A DNA stretch of 64,000 nucleotides from Eledone cirrhosa (taxonomy: Eukaryota), in assembly GCA_964016885.1 (NCBI GenBank), contig OZ024751.1:34720001-34784000 (forward strand), in the 5' to 3' direction. Below the pieces are notes generated by a model, which saw only the letters and a list, made by a program, of their open reading frames with translations, did not search any database and was not told the DNA's origin. Below, one piece after another: positions 47,308 through 61,545 of the stretch; position 1 is the stretch's first letter; each line of letters begins with the position of its first letter. The position numbers were made by a program, and so were the translations under genes.

Positions 47308-48909
47308 AACAAATACTACAGTCTTGCAATGAAGGTAATGTTGGAACAGTCTGTCTGTCTGTCTGTCTGACTCTCTAACAAATACTACAGTCTTGCAATG
47401 AAGGTAATGGTGGAACAGTCTGTCTGTCTGTCTGACTCTCTAACAAATACTACAGTCTTGCAATGAAGGTAATGGTGAAACAGTCTGTCTGTCTGACTCT
47501 CTAACAAATACTACAGTCTTGCAATGAAGGTAATGGTGGAACAGTCTGTCTGTCTGTCTGTCTGTCTCTCTAACAAATACTACAGTCTTGCAATGAAGGT
47601 AATGGTGGAACAGTCTGTCTGTCTGTCTGACTCTCTAACAAATACTACAGTCTTGCAATGAAGGTAATGGTGGAACAGTCTGTCTGTCTGACTCTCTAAC
47701 AAATACTACAGTCTTGCAATGAAGGTAATGGTGGAACAGTCTGTCTGTCTGTCTGTCTGTCTCTCTAACAAATACTACAGTCTTGCAATGAAGGTAATGT
47801 TGGAACAGTCTGTCTGTCTGTCTGTCTGACTCCCTAACAAATACTACAGTCTTGCAATGAAGGTAATGTTGGAACAGTCTGTCTGTCTGACTCTCTAACA
47901 AATACTACAGTCGTGCAATGAAGGTAATGTTGGAACAGTCTGTCTGTCTGTCTGTCTCTCTAACAAATACTACAGTCTTGCAATGAAGGTAATGTTGGAA
48001 CAGTCTGTCTGTCTGTCTGACTCTCTAACAAATACTACAGTCTTGCAATGAAGGTAATGGTGGAACAGTCTGTCTGTCTGTCTGACTCTCTAACAAATAC
48101 TACAGTCTTGCAATGAAGGTAATGGTGCAACAGTCTGTCTGTCTGACTCTCTAACAAATACTACAGTCTTGCAATGAAGGTAATGGTGGAACAGTCTGTC
48201 TGTCTGTCTGTCTCTCTAACAAATACTACAGTCTTGCAATGAAGGTAATGGTGGAACAGTCTGTCTGTCTGTCTGACTCTCTAACAAATACTACAGTCGT
48301 GCAATGAAGGTAATGGTAGAACAGCCTGTCTGTCTGTCTGACTCTCTAACAAATACTACAGTCTTGCAATGAAGGTAATGGTAGAACAGCCTGTCTGTCT
48401 GTCTGACTCTCTAACAAATACTACAGTCTTGCAATGAAGGTAATGGTGGAACAGTCTGTCTGTCTGTCTGACTCTCTAACAAATACTACAGTCGTGCAAT
48501 GAAGGTAATGGTAGAACAGCCTGTCTGTCTGTCTGACTCTCTAACAAATACTACAGTCTTGCAATGAAGGTAATGGTAGAACAGCCTGTCTGTCTGTCTG
48601 ACTCTCTAACAAATACTACAGTCGTGCAATGAAGGTAATGGTAGAACAGCCTGTCTGTCTGTCTGACTCTCTAACAAATACTACAGTCTTGCAATGAAGG
48701 TAATGGTAGAACAGCCTGTCTGTCTGTCTGACTCTCTAACAAATACTACAGTCTTGCAATGAAGGTAATGGTAGAACAGCCTGTCTGTCTGTCTGACTCT
48801 CTAACAAATACTACAGTCTTGCAATGAAGGTAATGGTAGAACAGCCTGTCTGTCTGTCTGACTCTCTAACAAATACTACAGTCTTGCAATGAAGGTGATG
48901 GTGGAACAA
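43056..48909. repeat. Satellite array, ~5.85 kb, roughly 90 units of a 48-bp core plus variable (TCTG)n
   Basis: Core CTCTCTAACAAATACTACAGTCTTGCAATGAAGGTAATGGTGGAACAG followed by about 3-6 TCTG; unit lengths mostly 61, 65 or 69 bp. Confidence 0.98.
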
Positions 48910-49542
48910 TGCAGCCAATCACAATTGTCTGTATTCTTATGGCTTTTTGATGATGAGCAATTTCTCCGAGAGACTTAAAGTGCACGTTAATGTCTCTACA
49001 TACACACTGGCGCCTGTATGTTTATGAGTTTATATATATATATGTTTGTGTGTGCGTGTGTGTGTATATATACATACACACACTCGCATATATATATACA
49101 TATATATATTAACAATGAATAGGAGGAAATCGCAAGCGTCAACTGTGATATGGTATTAGCAACGTATGTGTATGTATCTGTGTGTGTGTATATATATAGG
49201 CGGAGGGGTTACATCTCTGTGTATATATAGACAGAAAGAGAGACAGACAGAGAGAATGTGTATGTGTATGTGTATATGTGTGAGTGTGTATGTGTGTGTA
49301 TGTGTCTGGGTGGTGAACCAAGGAGACCACAGATCATTACTCAATGAATGGGGAGATGCAGAATGAGTATGTGTGTGTGTGTGCGTGTGTGTATGTGTGA
49401 GCTGGGTATACAAACACACTCATATCTATATATATCATTGCTTTATATGTCGATCAGTTTTGATTCCGGTACACTTATATATCGAATAAACTATATCTTG
49501 AAGGTATATCTTCTAAGTACACGTAGCTGCCTGTGCATGTGT

Positions 49543-49591
<49 letters not shown>

Positions 49592-49621
49592 TATATACAG
49601 TATGCGTCTAAAAATATACAA

Positions 49622-49656
<35 letters not shown>

Positions 49657-50674
49657 CATATATATATGCACATATTTATACTTTACACATGTATATATGC
49701 GTGTGTATGTGTGTTAGTGTGTGTATGTGTGTATGTGTGTTAGTGTATATATGATGGTCTATGTGTTCCCTCTATAAATCTGTCTTTCTGTCGTTCCGCT
49801 GTCATCTCACAATCTATCTCTTTGGTTTCAAAAATACTTCAATAATAACAAAATGGAATCAGACAGGTCGAGTATCGACATTGAGTTAAAAGGCTGGAAA
49901 ATATGGAGCAAAACATGTGTATGTCTCTGTGTATGTCGCTGTGTGTATGTCTATGTATGTATGTCTCTGTGTGTATGTCTATGTATGTATGTCTGTGTGT
50001 ATGTGTGTGTATGTCTTGCATGTTTGCTGATGCTGATATATATATATACATACATGTGGGGGGGGGGGGATACATATATTAAATTCTGTGTATGTTTGTG
50101 TATTTATTGTATCTGACTAGATTCGTTACATCTATCTCTCTGTCTATCTATCGATCTATCTATTGATCGATTGATCTGTCTGCCTTTCTGTCGGTCTATC
50201 GAATAATTTATTTATCTATAGGTCTGACTGTTTGTCTCTTTGTCTATCTATCACTTTTTCTACCTCTGTCTCTCTCTCTCTCTCTATCTAACTATCTCAG
50301 TTTCCGATTATCCACTTTCACTCTCACAACTTAGGTATATGACGCATGTGCAAATATTCCATGCCTAAGAATCGAACTCGGGACTCTATGGTACGAAAGC
50401 AACTTCTTAACCATTCGGCCAAAAGGTGCAGAGCTGAGCTCAACATTTTAAAGCAGAGTTCGGAGGGTATTATAGAGAGCTTAGAAGAAGTAGAGGAGAG
50501 ACGCTACCTCCAAGAATATTCCAGCTTCAAACGTCATCATGTCATGTCTCATTTACCATTTCTTATTATAAGACATAATTTTCACAGAGATTTAGCAACT
50601 CTTTCTCGCGTGAAATCTTGTTTGTTCACTCGTTGCCACCAGAATTAGGATTGACAGCCCTCTATAAGGTATAG

Positions 50675-50827
<153 letters not shown>

Positions 50828-51384
50828 ATATACAGATAAATAGGTAGATATATCGGTAAAAGAGAGAGTGAGCAACGGATAGATAGTTAGACAGGCATAT
50901 ATATATTTATCTTCTTCAACTTCTACTACTACTACATCTTCTTCTCCTCCTCCTTCTCATCTTCTTTCTCTCCCTCTCATTGTAACCTTCCTTATTACCC
51001 CGTTTATAAATCCATCGATATAGCTGTCATTCCACACAACATGGCGCTCCGTTCCTTAACATTCAAAGAATATCTCCTTAATCTCGACCATTAATCCTCC
51101 TCTTGTTAATCTCTTTATCCCTTGTCAAAAATACATCCATTCATACACAGAAACTACTCAGTTTCCACATCTTTTCTTGTTGATCTTTACACTTTTTTCT
51201 CTTTGTTTTTTTAGGGTTATTATTATTATTATTATTATTATTTTATCTTATGTTTGTTATCTTATCTTCAAATCTATATTATCTCTTCTGTCGTAATTCT
51301 ATGATTTTAACTCTCAAAAGATTTCCACTTTCCCCTAAATCTTCTCCTTTTCTTGGGAACTTAGTGTAAATAATAACAATTGTT

Positions 51385-51502
51385 TCTAGATTAGGCACAA
51401 GGCCAGCAATTTACAGGGGCGGAGAAAGTCGATTAAATCGAACCCAGTGCATTACTGGTGCTTTATTTTATCGAGCCCGTAAGGATGAAAGGCAAAGCTA
51501 AC
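51385..51502 (-). mobile_element. SINE 3' half (38790-39155 family)
   Basis: AGGCACAAGGCCAGCAATTT..AAAGTCGATTAAAT..CCCAGTGC..CTGG..TTTATTTTATCGA..CCCGTAAGGATGAAAGGCAAAG is the reverse complement of ~38853-38960. A degenerate plus-strand head follows at ~51636-51745. Confidence 0.8.
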
Positions 51503-52237
51503 ACCATGGCCAATAATTTCAACTCCGTGTTTAGCAGATTTAAGGTCGTAAATTATCAATTGTTCAGCTCCTCAAAGTTGATATCGGCAGGTTTTGAACT
51601 CTAACAAGTCGTAGTCATATAAATAGAAGAATGACAGAATGGCAGAATCGGTAGAGTGTCCGATGATATTCCATTGCAAAACTTATTCTGGTTCTTTACA
51701 TTTTGATTCTTAATTCCACCGAAATCAACTTTGTCCTTCTTCCAGAATTTGCTGAGTTTTTTGTTAATATTCGAAATCAATATATTGGAAATAGAGGAAT
51801 AGTATTGCAAATATTGATAAAAATAGAAAGGTAAGAACATAAAAGCAAGTCATGAGTTCGAACCAATGAAACAATGTTTTCATTGGCCTTTCTTTTGCTG
51901 ATAGTCTCTGCTGATATCAACTTCTGAACAACGTAGAAAGCAAATATAGATAAAAAGCTAATAAACATATTTGATTAAATATTTTCTTGGTTGGGTTATC
52001 GAAATAAGAATTGAAGTATTAACAGGAAATAATCCTGCAAAGTTTTGAGATACTGCCAATTAGAAGGTGTAGGTCATGGATGGATGTTTATATCTTATAA
52101 TAACACAATTATCATTTCTACTTGAATTATGTCCAGACATATCTTATATCCACACGTATATACATATATATATACACATACATACATACAAGCATACATA
52201 CATAATACATACATACATACATACATACATACATACA

Positions 52238-52272
<35 letters not shown>

Positions 52273-52273
<1 letters not shown>

Positions 52274-52700
52274 TGGTGGCTGCCAACTCGTTTTCGAGTA
52301 CGGCCACTACTTTATATCCATGTAGGAGAGCCCCTACCGATGCGCTGAACGAGTGTGACTTTTTAGTCCAGCCAGCGACTTGAAAACTCTGGTACAAACA
52401 CTACACTTGTGACAATTATTGACACATAGTGCTGGGCCCATGGTACCATGTGACGACAAGTGCAGAGAGATCTCCAGATATAAAGCAATGCCTGTGCCGT
52501 GAAGCTTTTATAGTGAGCAAAGGCACTGCACAAAGCCAGTCCCACTCTCTTAACCAAGATGATATTTACCAAAAAGAAGAACAAGTCAACATCATTGGAT
52601 ACCATCAGGGTTGCAGGTGTTATATCAGAGTTTTCCTTCTCCTAGAATTCTTCCTTGACAAAGGATAAGGGGTCATCTCTCCCGGTGATTTTGGATGGCC
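52273..52700 (-). mobile_element. Probable RTE-related 5' UTR or non-autonomous retroposon fragment
   Basis: Contains TCAGAGTTTTCCTTCTCCTAG (minus CTAGGAGAAGGAAAACTCTGA), recalled as a conserved RTE/Expander 5' UTR motif; GC-richer than its flanks. Confidence 0.35.
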
Positions 52701-52789
52701 ATTGACTCTTAAGAGCTCCTTTGCCCTTTGACAGGTTTATATATAAACATACAAACATACATACATATATACATACAAGCATACATACA

Positions 52790-53444
52790 TTTCAAGCCAT
52801 TGAGCCAAATTTCTTGGATAAAGTAATAACAGGAGATGAACCATGGGTGTTCGAGAACAATCTAGAGAAACAGGGGCAAGTGAAGAGTGGTATAGGAAGA
52901 AATGACATATGACCAGATCCAGGGTGAAAACAATGATTACATCTTTTTTCGAGAGTCGAGATATTGTCCATAAAAAATTCCCCTCCAGGACAGACAGTTA
53001 ATCGCACCTTCTTCAAAATGTCTTGGAATGACTTTGATAACAAGTCTAGCGAGTCCGAAAGGACATTGCAGGAGACTGGGTATTGTACCACGATACTGTG
53101 GCTCACACAGCACATTTAAATTGAGATTTTCTGGCGAAGAAAAACATTCCCACTCTTCCACATCCTTCCTACGGCCCAATCTAGCTCCTTGTGCTTTCTA
53201 CCTCTTTCCAAAGTTTAAATCGAAGTTGAAGTTCCATCACTTTGGGACCGAGGAAAACATGCAAGAATTTGTAACAGACCAGCTGAAGACAATCAAAGAA
53301 AATGACTTCCGGTACTGGACAAAATGTTGGGACTTCCGTATGACTTCCCAAGGGTCGTATTTTGAGGGAACTTGTAATTTCATGTAGGTCTAATATACAT
53401 TTAAATAAGACAGCAGTACCCTTACTTTTGGAACAAATCTCATA
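52790..53444 (+). mobile_element. mariner (Tc1/mariner, DD34D) transposon remnant, 5'-truncated, with right TIR
   Basis: Frameshifted translation FLDKVITGDEPWVF..SRVKTMITSFFESRDIVHK..PPGQTVN..WVLYHD..AHTA..FLAKKNIPTL(P)HP..PNLAPCAFYLFPKFKSKLKFHHF..SQGSYFEG matches mariner motifs TGDETW, HDNA, YSPDLAPxD and terminal YFEG. TIR-like CAGTACCCTTACTTTTGGAACAAATCTCA followed by TA at 53414-53444. Confidence 0.92.
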
Positions 53445-53448
53445 TACT

Positions 53449-53503
<55 letters not shown>

Positions 53504-53992
53504 AGGGCATTTGTGTGCGTATGCCTGTGTATAGATATATACTTATATATATGAGTGCTGTAATGCATATATGTATGTATGTGTGTATGTATATATACTT
53601 GTGTGTATAGACCGACGTACACGTGTAGTTATAAAAATGTTCTATAGATAATATTTCTTAATCATTTTGTCCAAAACTATTTAACCTCTGGAGGAAATGA
53701 ATTATTGGTTGAGAAAAAATGAAGAAATAATTAAGAAAAAATCAAAAACAATAATTCCAGACAATCTTTGTAGTGTATAACTGAACAATCATCATAATTT
53801 ACCGATATCTATATCAAAGATCGAAATAGCAGAGGAAAAAGAAAAAAATAAATAATATATATAATTAAATAAATTATCTTTATTTTTTTGTGATGGCTTT
53901 TTTTTTATTATCTACGACGTAATATACAAAATATTACGAAATTTTTTGAGTGTGCGCAAGTAAACCCGCATGTGTCTATATATATATATATA

Positions 53993-54092
53993 TAGGGTTT
54001 ACCCAAAAAATGTATAGACACTTCAACAGCATTCTAATAAATATTGCCTGTACGCGTAATCAAAGTGTGTATACATCTTTTGGGACACCCTG
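53993..54092. mobile_element. 100-bp Tc1/mariner-type MITE
   Basis: Left TAGGGTTTACCCAAAAAATGTATAGACACTT versus right reverse complement CAGGGTGTCCCAAAAGATGTATACACACTT; TA on both sides. Confidence 0.8.
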
Positions 54093-54107
54093 TATATATA
54101 TTTATGC

Positions 54108-54155
<48 letters not shown>

Positions 54156-54439
54156 GATATTATCCAGTGCGTAGCTCTTATTTGAGTTTAAGAGCAGATA
54201 TTTCATCAAAAGTTTTCGACAGTTCATATTCTTGTGGGTTTTCCCTCCAATTGACAAGTGAAGTCTCCAAGAAGCACAGAACTGAACCAAACATCACTGG
54301 AGACACTACAGTTTAGCCATTATATTATTTCCGAAGAACTAAAGCTAACAAGATGGAACTATTGTATATTGTCACAGTCCTACAGTTGACATGTAATCAA
54401 CTATCAGGTTAACAACTTAAACACTTGGCACTCATTTAA

Positions 54440-54660
54440 CACTAAATTATCTTCGACTGACTTTCAATACTGGTATATTCCCATACGTTGAGCAAGATTT
54501 ATATTTTATAGCAATCAAGAATTCTAGGTCTGGTTATCAGTCGTTCTTTAGTCCCTAAAGATTCAGATTCTATTAACTGGTGTCAGGGACTTAAAGTTGA
54601 GAAACCATTTCAGTTCCTCACATATTTGGTGAGCATCAGTTCAAAAGCCAAGGACAAGAA
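54440..54660 (+). pseudogene. Possible very old RTE reverse-transcriptase remnant
   Basis: Scattered peptides SRILGLVIS and FLTYLVSISS recall RTE RT motifs (FGL.IS..KT; F.YLGS.IS) in the right order, but are heavily degraded. Confidence 0.25.
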
Positions 54661-57077
54661 AATAATGGAAATGAGTTGTTTATCCGACTGAGGAAACAAT
54701 GTTTTCATTTGCCTTTCCATTGCTGATACTATCTGTCGTAGATAGCTCCAGCAATGACGATGACAAGAAAGACGAAGGGGGGTATGGTTTAGCAGGGACA
54801 ATTACAATGGTGAAAACAATGAAGTATTGTCCTGATTCTTTCTAACATTTACAACAGAGACTCACAAAGACACGTGATTGTCATAAACCAACAAATGGTA
54901 AAATATTCTTAACAAGAACAAGAACTGTCTATCGAACGAACTTCTAGTCAATTCCAATTCTCTAAATTTCACTCATAAGTATCTGATCGACATGGAGCTA
55001 AGCTAGAATGTGTCACGCTATAAGATCTCGTCACACACTCACACGTGATTACCAAACTGTGTGGAAGAAGTTTCTACGAATTTTTAAGAGATGAAAATGA
55101 CACGTCTAGGAAGCACTCTTTCCTGAATGTCATCACATTGATAAATATAGCGAAACATATTGCTGTAATATTGACCTCACATATATTCTCAATGCAAATT
55201 TCTGTAATGAAGAGGAACGACCAATGGAATTATTATTATTATTATTATTATCATTCCAATAGTGAGCATTGTTTTATAGAATCTCAAGTGACAATGAACT
55301 GCTAAATCGACTCCAGCAGATATTAAGCTTTGACTCTATAGAGACAAAACAGAAATAAAAATGAAATACGACATCTATTTATTGATTTCACGTCACAGAA
55401 ACGATAAATATTGATAATTGTTTGATCTTTTGTGAACGATGATATATATCATTGGATGAGGAAACCTATTGATCTTTTGACAGAAAATCTGGTATCTATT
55501 CTCAACAACAAGGCAAACGGTTTTAGAATAATGTATTTACTATGAGAAACAGCAATGAACCACATATCCGAGAATTGCTATCGTAATGCATCCACTGGCA
55601 CGTTCCTTTCAATATAACATTACACACGTCAATGAGCCTCTACCTGATCGCTTTATTTGTTAGTAATGGCAGCTAAATCTCTCTCAAACCATACGATACC
55701 TTCATGAATAGGAATGACTTATTAGAGTATATGGTGTTACTTTTACTGCTCCTGAAAATGAGATGGAGTAGGCCAGACTAAATTTCCTTAATAGGGGTGC
55801 ATAAGCATGGTTGACTATAATATAAACGAAACATAACTATGTTAACCCTTTTGATATCAAACTATCCCAAAGCGCCTAAAACCGCCCAGTAAAACTGATT
55901 CCACGAAAAAGCTTATTCATTTTAAACGATTCATAGTTAAATTTAAATATTTAGAAATAATTAATATAAAAACCATTTGTTAAGATATGTTACAAATGTT
56001 AGAAAATGAATGAATTAATAATCTTAATAAATTCCTCCAAATAAATAAATACTCTCGTTATTTAATTTACAAATTGTGAATGTTATTAGAAACAAAGAAC
56101 TGCTAAGCGGTGAAATAGCATACAGCTACCATGCTCCCCTTATTGAGACTTAGTATACAACAATTTTGTACACTACAATACTGACTAAACAACAGAACAA
56201 TGAATAACATATATATCTGGGTCTTCATTATCAAACATGTACATCCTTGTTATAAGACCGTAGCTATATGATGGGGTTTACCTGCTAATCCAAGTAGATG
56301 TTGACATCATTAGCCAGATATTTAAATTCATTTTACAAACTATATTTTAATGAACATATTTTAGCTGAGAAAACTCGATATTAAAGCAGTCAATTTCATT
56401 TTTTTTAAAAACCTCCCGTATTTTCCATTTAACTACGAAGTTTGCTGCGTTGGAAATTTACGAATAATTTTCATGCATAAAACATTTTAATGATATGATG
56501 GCGGAACATTGCCACATTTCAATAGATTACTTTAGATATTTCAGAGTTTTGAGTGATAGCAAATGGTTGATATGAACACTAAGGGGCATTTGTAATAGTC
56601 TAAAGAACTTTACGACGCATTTTAATCCGTTCACATCAAGTTAAATGTCCTCATATCGTAACTCGATATAATAATTATGATCAACTATTATTGGCTCAGC
56701 AATCTTCCCCTTTTCTCTTTCTCTCTTAAAGACTACAATTTCATTTCAAATTAGACTTTTAATTCCTTCGAATATGTTTTCATTGGATTTTAACAATCTT
56801 GAAATTGCTTTCCAACTGAACATAATTTTATAACCTGAGTTTATGGATTAAAATGACTTTGCTGCCCAAATATCAACATCATGTACAATGAAGGTTTCCC
56901 TGCTTTCACCTACCTCCCTCTTTAAAAATAATCGCCATACACGCTTGATTTTATCTTTTGCTTTTTAAAGTTCTGCATTTTAAATTATACATAGTGAGAT
57001 AATTGAGGAGCCTCCATCGCAGTCGACGATGACCATTCAATTGGTCGATCACTTGGATTCAGTTTTTATTTTATTGA

Positions 57078-57130
<53 letters not shown>

Positions 57131-57238
57131 ATATAATATATATATATATAAATATATATAATATATATATATAATATATATATAATATATATATAATATA
57201 TATATAATATATATATAATATATATATAATATATATAT

Positions 57239-57315
<77 letters not shown>

Positions 57316-57544
57316 CAAGCATTCACTGAAATATAACATCTCAGTGTCAGAAAATCCAGTTTTCGGTCTTAAGTTATTAATTTACATCTCAGCACTTCAA
57401 CCTATTAAGATCCACACAACAAAGTATTCTAGTTCTGCAGCAAGGCTATATCTGGATTGAGGCGGATCTATAAAGGATACATCTAGGGCGGGGAAAATTC
57501 CCGAGATTTTCTTGGCTGATAATACCTTTCCGGCACCGCTCGAG

Positions 57545-57714
57545 TAAGGTAATGATTTAACCCATTAATGAGGCCCTAACAGGTACTACTGCTCCGACCA
57601 GAGCAGACCTGTGAGTGATATTAACTTAGGGGTAACTCCACATTCCCAACAGCTCCTGAACTCTCGAACTGGAGCCTTATCACTGGGTGCAGTTTAATGT
57701 CATACCCAGGACAA
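57545..57714. mobile_element. Interspersed repeat fragment (recalled as octopus RTE-associated)
   Basis: GC-richer island CCCTAACAGGTACTACTGCTCC..GAACTGGAGCCTTATCACTGGGTGCAGTTTAATGTCATACCCAGGACA; the assignment is from memory only. Confidence 0.35.
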
Positions 57715-57994
57715 ATGATATATATATATATATATATATATCAAATGAAGCAACGGAGTAAAGGGCTCGCGTTGTTCCCTGTAATATAATGAACACAAGG
57801 AAATGTGTCCAGGCTCTAATGAAAAAGCATGTTCTTTTCATGCATTCTCTCTTCTGTGTGTTTACCATTAATAATATACCCATATATAGAACGGGGTCTG
57901 GTTTTTACTTTCTTACCCCGCCCCATGTTTTATTTTTTACATAACACTTTTCATCCTCACCATTTCTGATAGGTTTTAGGAGACTGTGAAGGTC

Positions 57995-58110
57995 TGCTGT
58001 GACCTTGTGGCTTAGTTTGTTTGATGGTCAAAATCATCAGGTCGTATGTTTGACCCATGGACCGGGGTGGTCTGTGACGTTCTTCAGCAAGGCCCTTTAT
58101 TTCACATTGT
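57995..58110 (+). mobile_element. Degenerate CORE-type SINE head
   Basis: GTGGCTTAGT..GGACCGGGG..TTCTTCAGCAAGGCCCTTTATTTCACATTG is colinear with 31061-31181. Further reversed heads at ~50365-50420 and ~63235-63302. Confidence 0.55.
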
Positions 58111-58442
58111 AATCATAGGACCGGAGCCCTTGCCATTAATACATACAAGAACCTCATTATGAGACATAACATCGTAGTAAACCATCGAAACTTACATGGT
58201 TTTGAGATGTCAATTTCACTGCAGTTTGCGAAACATACTGTAGTCAGCTGATGAAATTTAAGAAATCCAGTTGACAAGAAGAGCCTCGTCAAGGAGAGTC
58301 TCATAAAATTGCAGCCAATTATGACATTCACTAATGAACTTTTGAAATACAACTAATTGACCGTAATGTTATTATACTCCGGTACCATAACTGTCCAGAA
58401 TATTGTTCAAAATTAAAATAAATCACATTTATTGCTACCATA

Positions 58443-58479
<37 letters not shown>

Positions 58480-59095
58480 TCATTATTGTTGTTAATGGTA
58501 GTAATAATTTTAGGTTATTATTTGTAATCATATCATTACCATCACTATTACCATTATCCTCATCTTTCTCAAATACTTAATTCTTCATAGTTGTGTGTGA
58601 AAAACATTCTTGCATCCAAATTCCTTGAAAATTGGAACTGCAAAAGCGTGGAATTAGCAACAGCGATCGTTAAAGACAATTTTCCCAAGAATATGGCAGT
58701 CATTAACAATTTATATACGTTTTCTTGATTTATTATTTTTGCTATTATTCTGAAGAAAAAACTGAAGGTGGAGAGGGAAAAGCTGCCTTCCAGCGAGGTT
58801 GTTGAAAGGTGGGTAAGAAAGGACATCAGGGTCTAATTGAATGGGCTTGTTCTAGGAGAACAACTGAGAGAGGGCACTTGCCCTAGTGGTCAAGCTTACC
58901 TTGGCTTTTTGTGGGATTCTCCATAAGTGACCCTCCGAGCTATCCCCACTATGAGAGAATATGTTGTTTTTATTCTAAATGTTTATTCTTTAGTCTTTTT
59001 AAACCTTTCCCGCAGATGAAAAGCCGACACTGTGCTGCCCTGTACCGTCATTATTGTCCTCTTAATGTAAACCCCCTGTGGCTAATAATGAAACC

Positions 59096-59126
<31 letters not shown>

Positions 59127-59349
59127 TTTGTGCTGTATGTATTTGTATTTTTTATATGGTAAGGTCGTTTTATGTTAGTGCTTTCTCTTGTATTTCCTTT
59201 TTTTCGCCATATTCCCGTTTCAAGATGTACTTGTGTCGTAAAAGATTAAACAACAAAAACTACAACAAATTTCAATGTTTTCTTTTTTCCTTATTAAAAA
59301 TCTAATATTCCTCAAACCGTGGTATATGGAAAAATATTAAAAGCACCAA

Positions 59350-59403
<54 letters not shown>

Positions 59404-60061
59404 TAATAATAATAACAATAATAACAACAACAACAACAACAACAAAATTTAAAGAATATAAAAAATGAAACATGAAAACTAAGGCTCGATCCAATAAAAT
59501 GTTTATAACAACAATAACAACAAGAAAAATCCTCCATCAGATCTGTCCAAAATTTTTAATTCAATTCTAAATTAAATGGCCGCTATGAGATTATCATCCT
59601 GATTTCAATAAAATATTCTACATAAAAAAAAAAAAAACCATGTCTCCATAAACCTGTTGATATTTATTTATTGCTAGATTTTTTTGTGTGGTGGTGGTGG
59701 GTGGTGGTTTATTATATTCGTAATTTCTATCGATTGGTCGTGTTGTGTTGTTGCTGCTGTCGTTGTTGTTGTTGTTGTCTTTCCTTTTATTCCATGTTTC
59801 TCTACTCTAACATGACGTTCCTTCCAAACTTTGACATTTTCTACATTTTTCTCTGTTTTTCTAATGTTTTTACATCTGTTTCCTGTTTGCTATATAATTT
59901 ATTTTAAAACTGCTTCCGTTATCATTTATATTGTGTGTCACTCACAACAACAAAAGATTGCTTTTATTTTTTTTCTTCTGAACAATAAAAAATGAAAATC
60001 TACAAAAACTAAAAAAAAAAAAGGAAATGAAATAAAATGTAAAAAAAAAAAAGGTTAAAAT

Positions 60062-60690
60062 ATGATTATGATGGTGATAGTGTTGATGGTGATGATGATG
60101 ATGGTGATGATGTTGATGGTATTGATGATGATGGTGATGATGTTGATGGTATTGATGGTGATGATGATGGTGGTGATGATGATGATGGTGATGATGATGA
60201 TGGTGATGATGTTGATGGTGATGATGATGATGGTATTGATGGTGATGATGGTGGTGATGATGATGATGGTGATGATGATGATAGTGATGGTGGTGATGAT
60301 GACGATGGTGATGATGATGAACAGAGAACGAGGATGACGGGGATGATGATAATAACACTTATTAACACATTATTATTATTATTGCGGTGATGAGGTTGGT
60401 GATAGTGATTAGGGTGACGATCGGTGGGGTGATAATGATGATGATGATGATAACGACAAAGATGATGATGATGATGATGATGGTATTGATGGTGATGATG
60501 GTGGTGATAGTGATTAGGGTGACGATCGGTGGGGTGATAATGATGATGATGATGATAACGACAAAGATGATGATGATGATGATGGTAATAATAATTACGA
60601 GTAAATAATGCGGACAGGGAAGATAATTGTCTTTGCTGCTGATAATGATAGTGGTGGTGGTGGTGATGATGATAGTGATGATGATGACGA
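60062..60690. repeat. Degenerate (GAT/GGT)n tract containing a ~105-bp tandem duplication
   Basis: GGTGATAGTGATTAGGGTGACGATCGGTGGGGTGATAATGATG..ATAACGACAAAGATG occurs twice (~60398 and ~60503). Confidence 0.9.
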
Positions 60691-60840
60691 GGCGGAGAAA
60701 GTAAATGAGACGGTGGAAGATATCGATATTGATCTGAAATTTCATTCTTCAAGTGGCTCCAACAAATGAAGTTGTAACAATAAAAGATATTACTACCACT
60801 ACTATTAATAGTAATAATTACACTAAACAATAGCAATAAA

Positions 60841-60943
60841 GAAGAAGAAGAAGAAGAAGAAGAAGAAGAAGAAGAAGAAGAAGAAGAAGAAGAAGAAGAA
60901 GAAGAAGAAGAAGAAGAAGAAGAAGAAGAAGAAGAAGAAGAAG

Positions 60944-60973
<30 letters not shown>
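60841..60973. repeat. Perfect (GAA)n microsatellite, ~44 units
   Basis: Direct reading. Confidence 0.98.
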
Positions 60974-60974
<1 letters not shown>

Positions 60975-61269
60975 TCATTTATTACTCTTGTGGTTCAGAG
61001 TTGAATATCAGTTTAACAGATTCATAAGTTAATTAAGAGACAGCTAGTTATGTTTAGGTGTTAATCATTGATATCGCATTTCAAAAAGGTCAAGACTGAG
61101 TTTTTTTAATATCAGATATTCAATATCATTTAATTCTATCCCTTATATATTAGAGCAATCAACTGTACAACTAATCTGTTACCTGGTTTATCCCGCAGAG
61201 TTTCTATGAGCTCATGAGTTCTAAACTTGATCCATCATCTTGCTTAATCCCACTGTTATATTCAGCAAA

Positions 61270-61545
61270 AGAATCGTAGATGTATTGTGTCACCCAGATA
61301 AACGACTCCAGAGCTAGAAAGTTGTTGATCTATTCCATCACCTGGTTTAGTAATGTAGTTATACTGTGTCGGTGAGTTCTTAGAGACAACGCAACACCTT
61401 GCTAAAACGTTGCTTACAGCCAGTAAGTGACAGACATCACCTGTCCTCCAGGTAAAAAAATACTATCACCTTGGATCAATATTTGATCGTCTTACTAGAT
61501 CACCTTGCTTAACATCACTTCTATCTTGTGACAAATATTCGGAGA
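61270..61545 (-). pseudogene. Possible very old LINE RT remnant
   Basis: Minus-strand peptides SDVKQGDLV (compare GVxQG) and downstream E*INNF..VYLGDTI (compare E.V..F.YLG..I) occur in the correct order; very degraded. Confidence 0.25.

Noticed and set aside
43056-48909. CRISPR-like look of a constant repeat with variable spacers
   Set aside because: The spacers are just (TCTG)n length variants rather than unique sequences; there are no cas genes and the context is eukaryotic.
59942-60836. Poly-His and poly-Ser ORFs
   Set aside because: Trinucleotide (GAT/GGT)n repeat artefacts.
60841-60973. (GAA)n as a functional triplex element
   Set aside because: It can form H-DNA in principle, but nothing distinguishes it from the many other microsatellites here.
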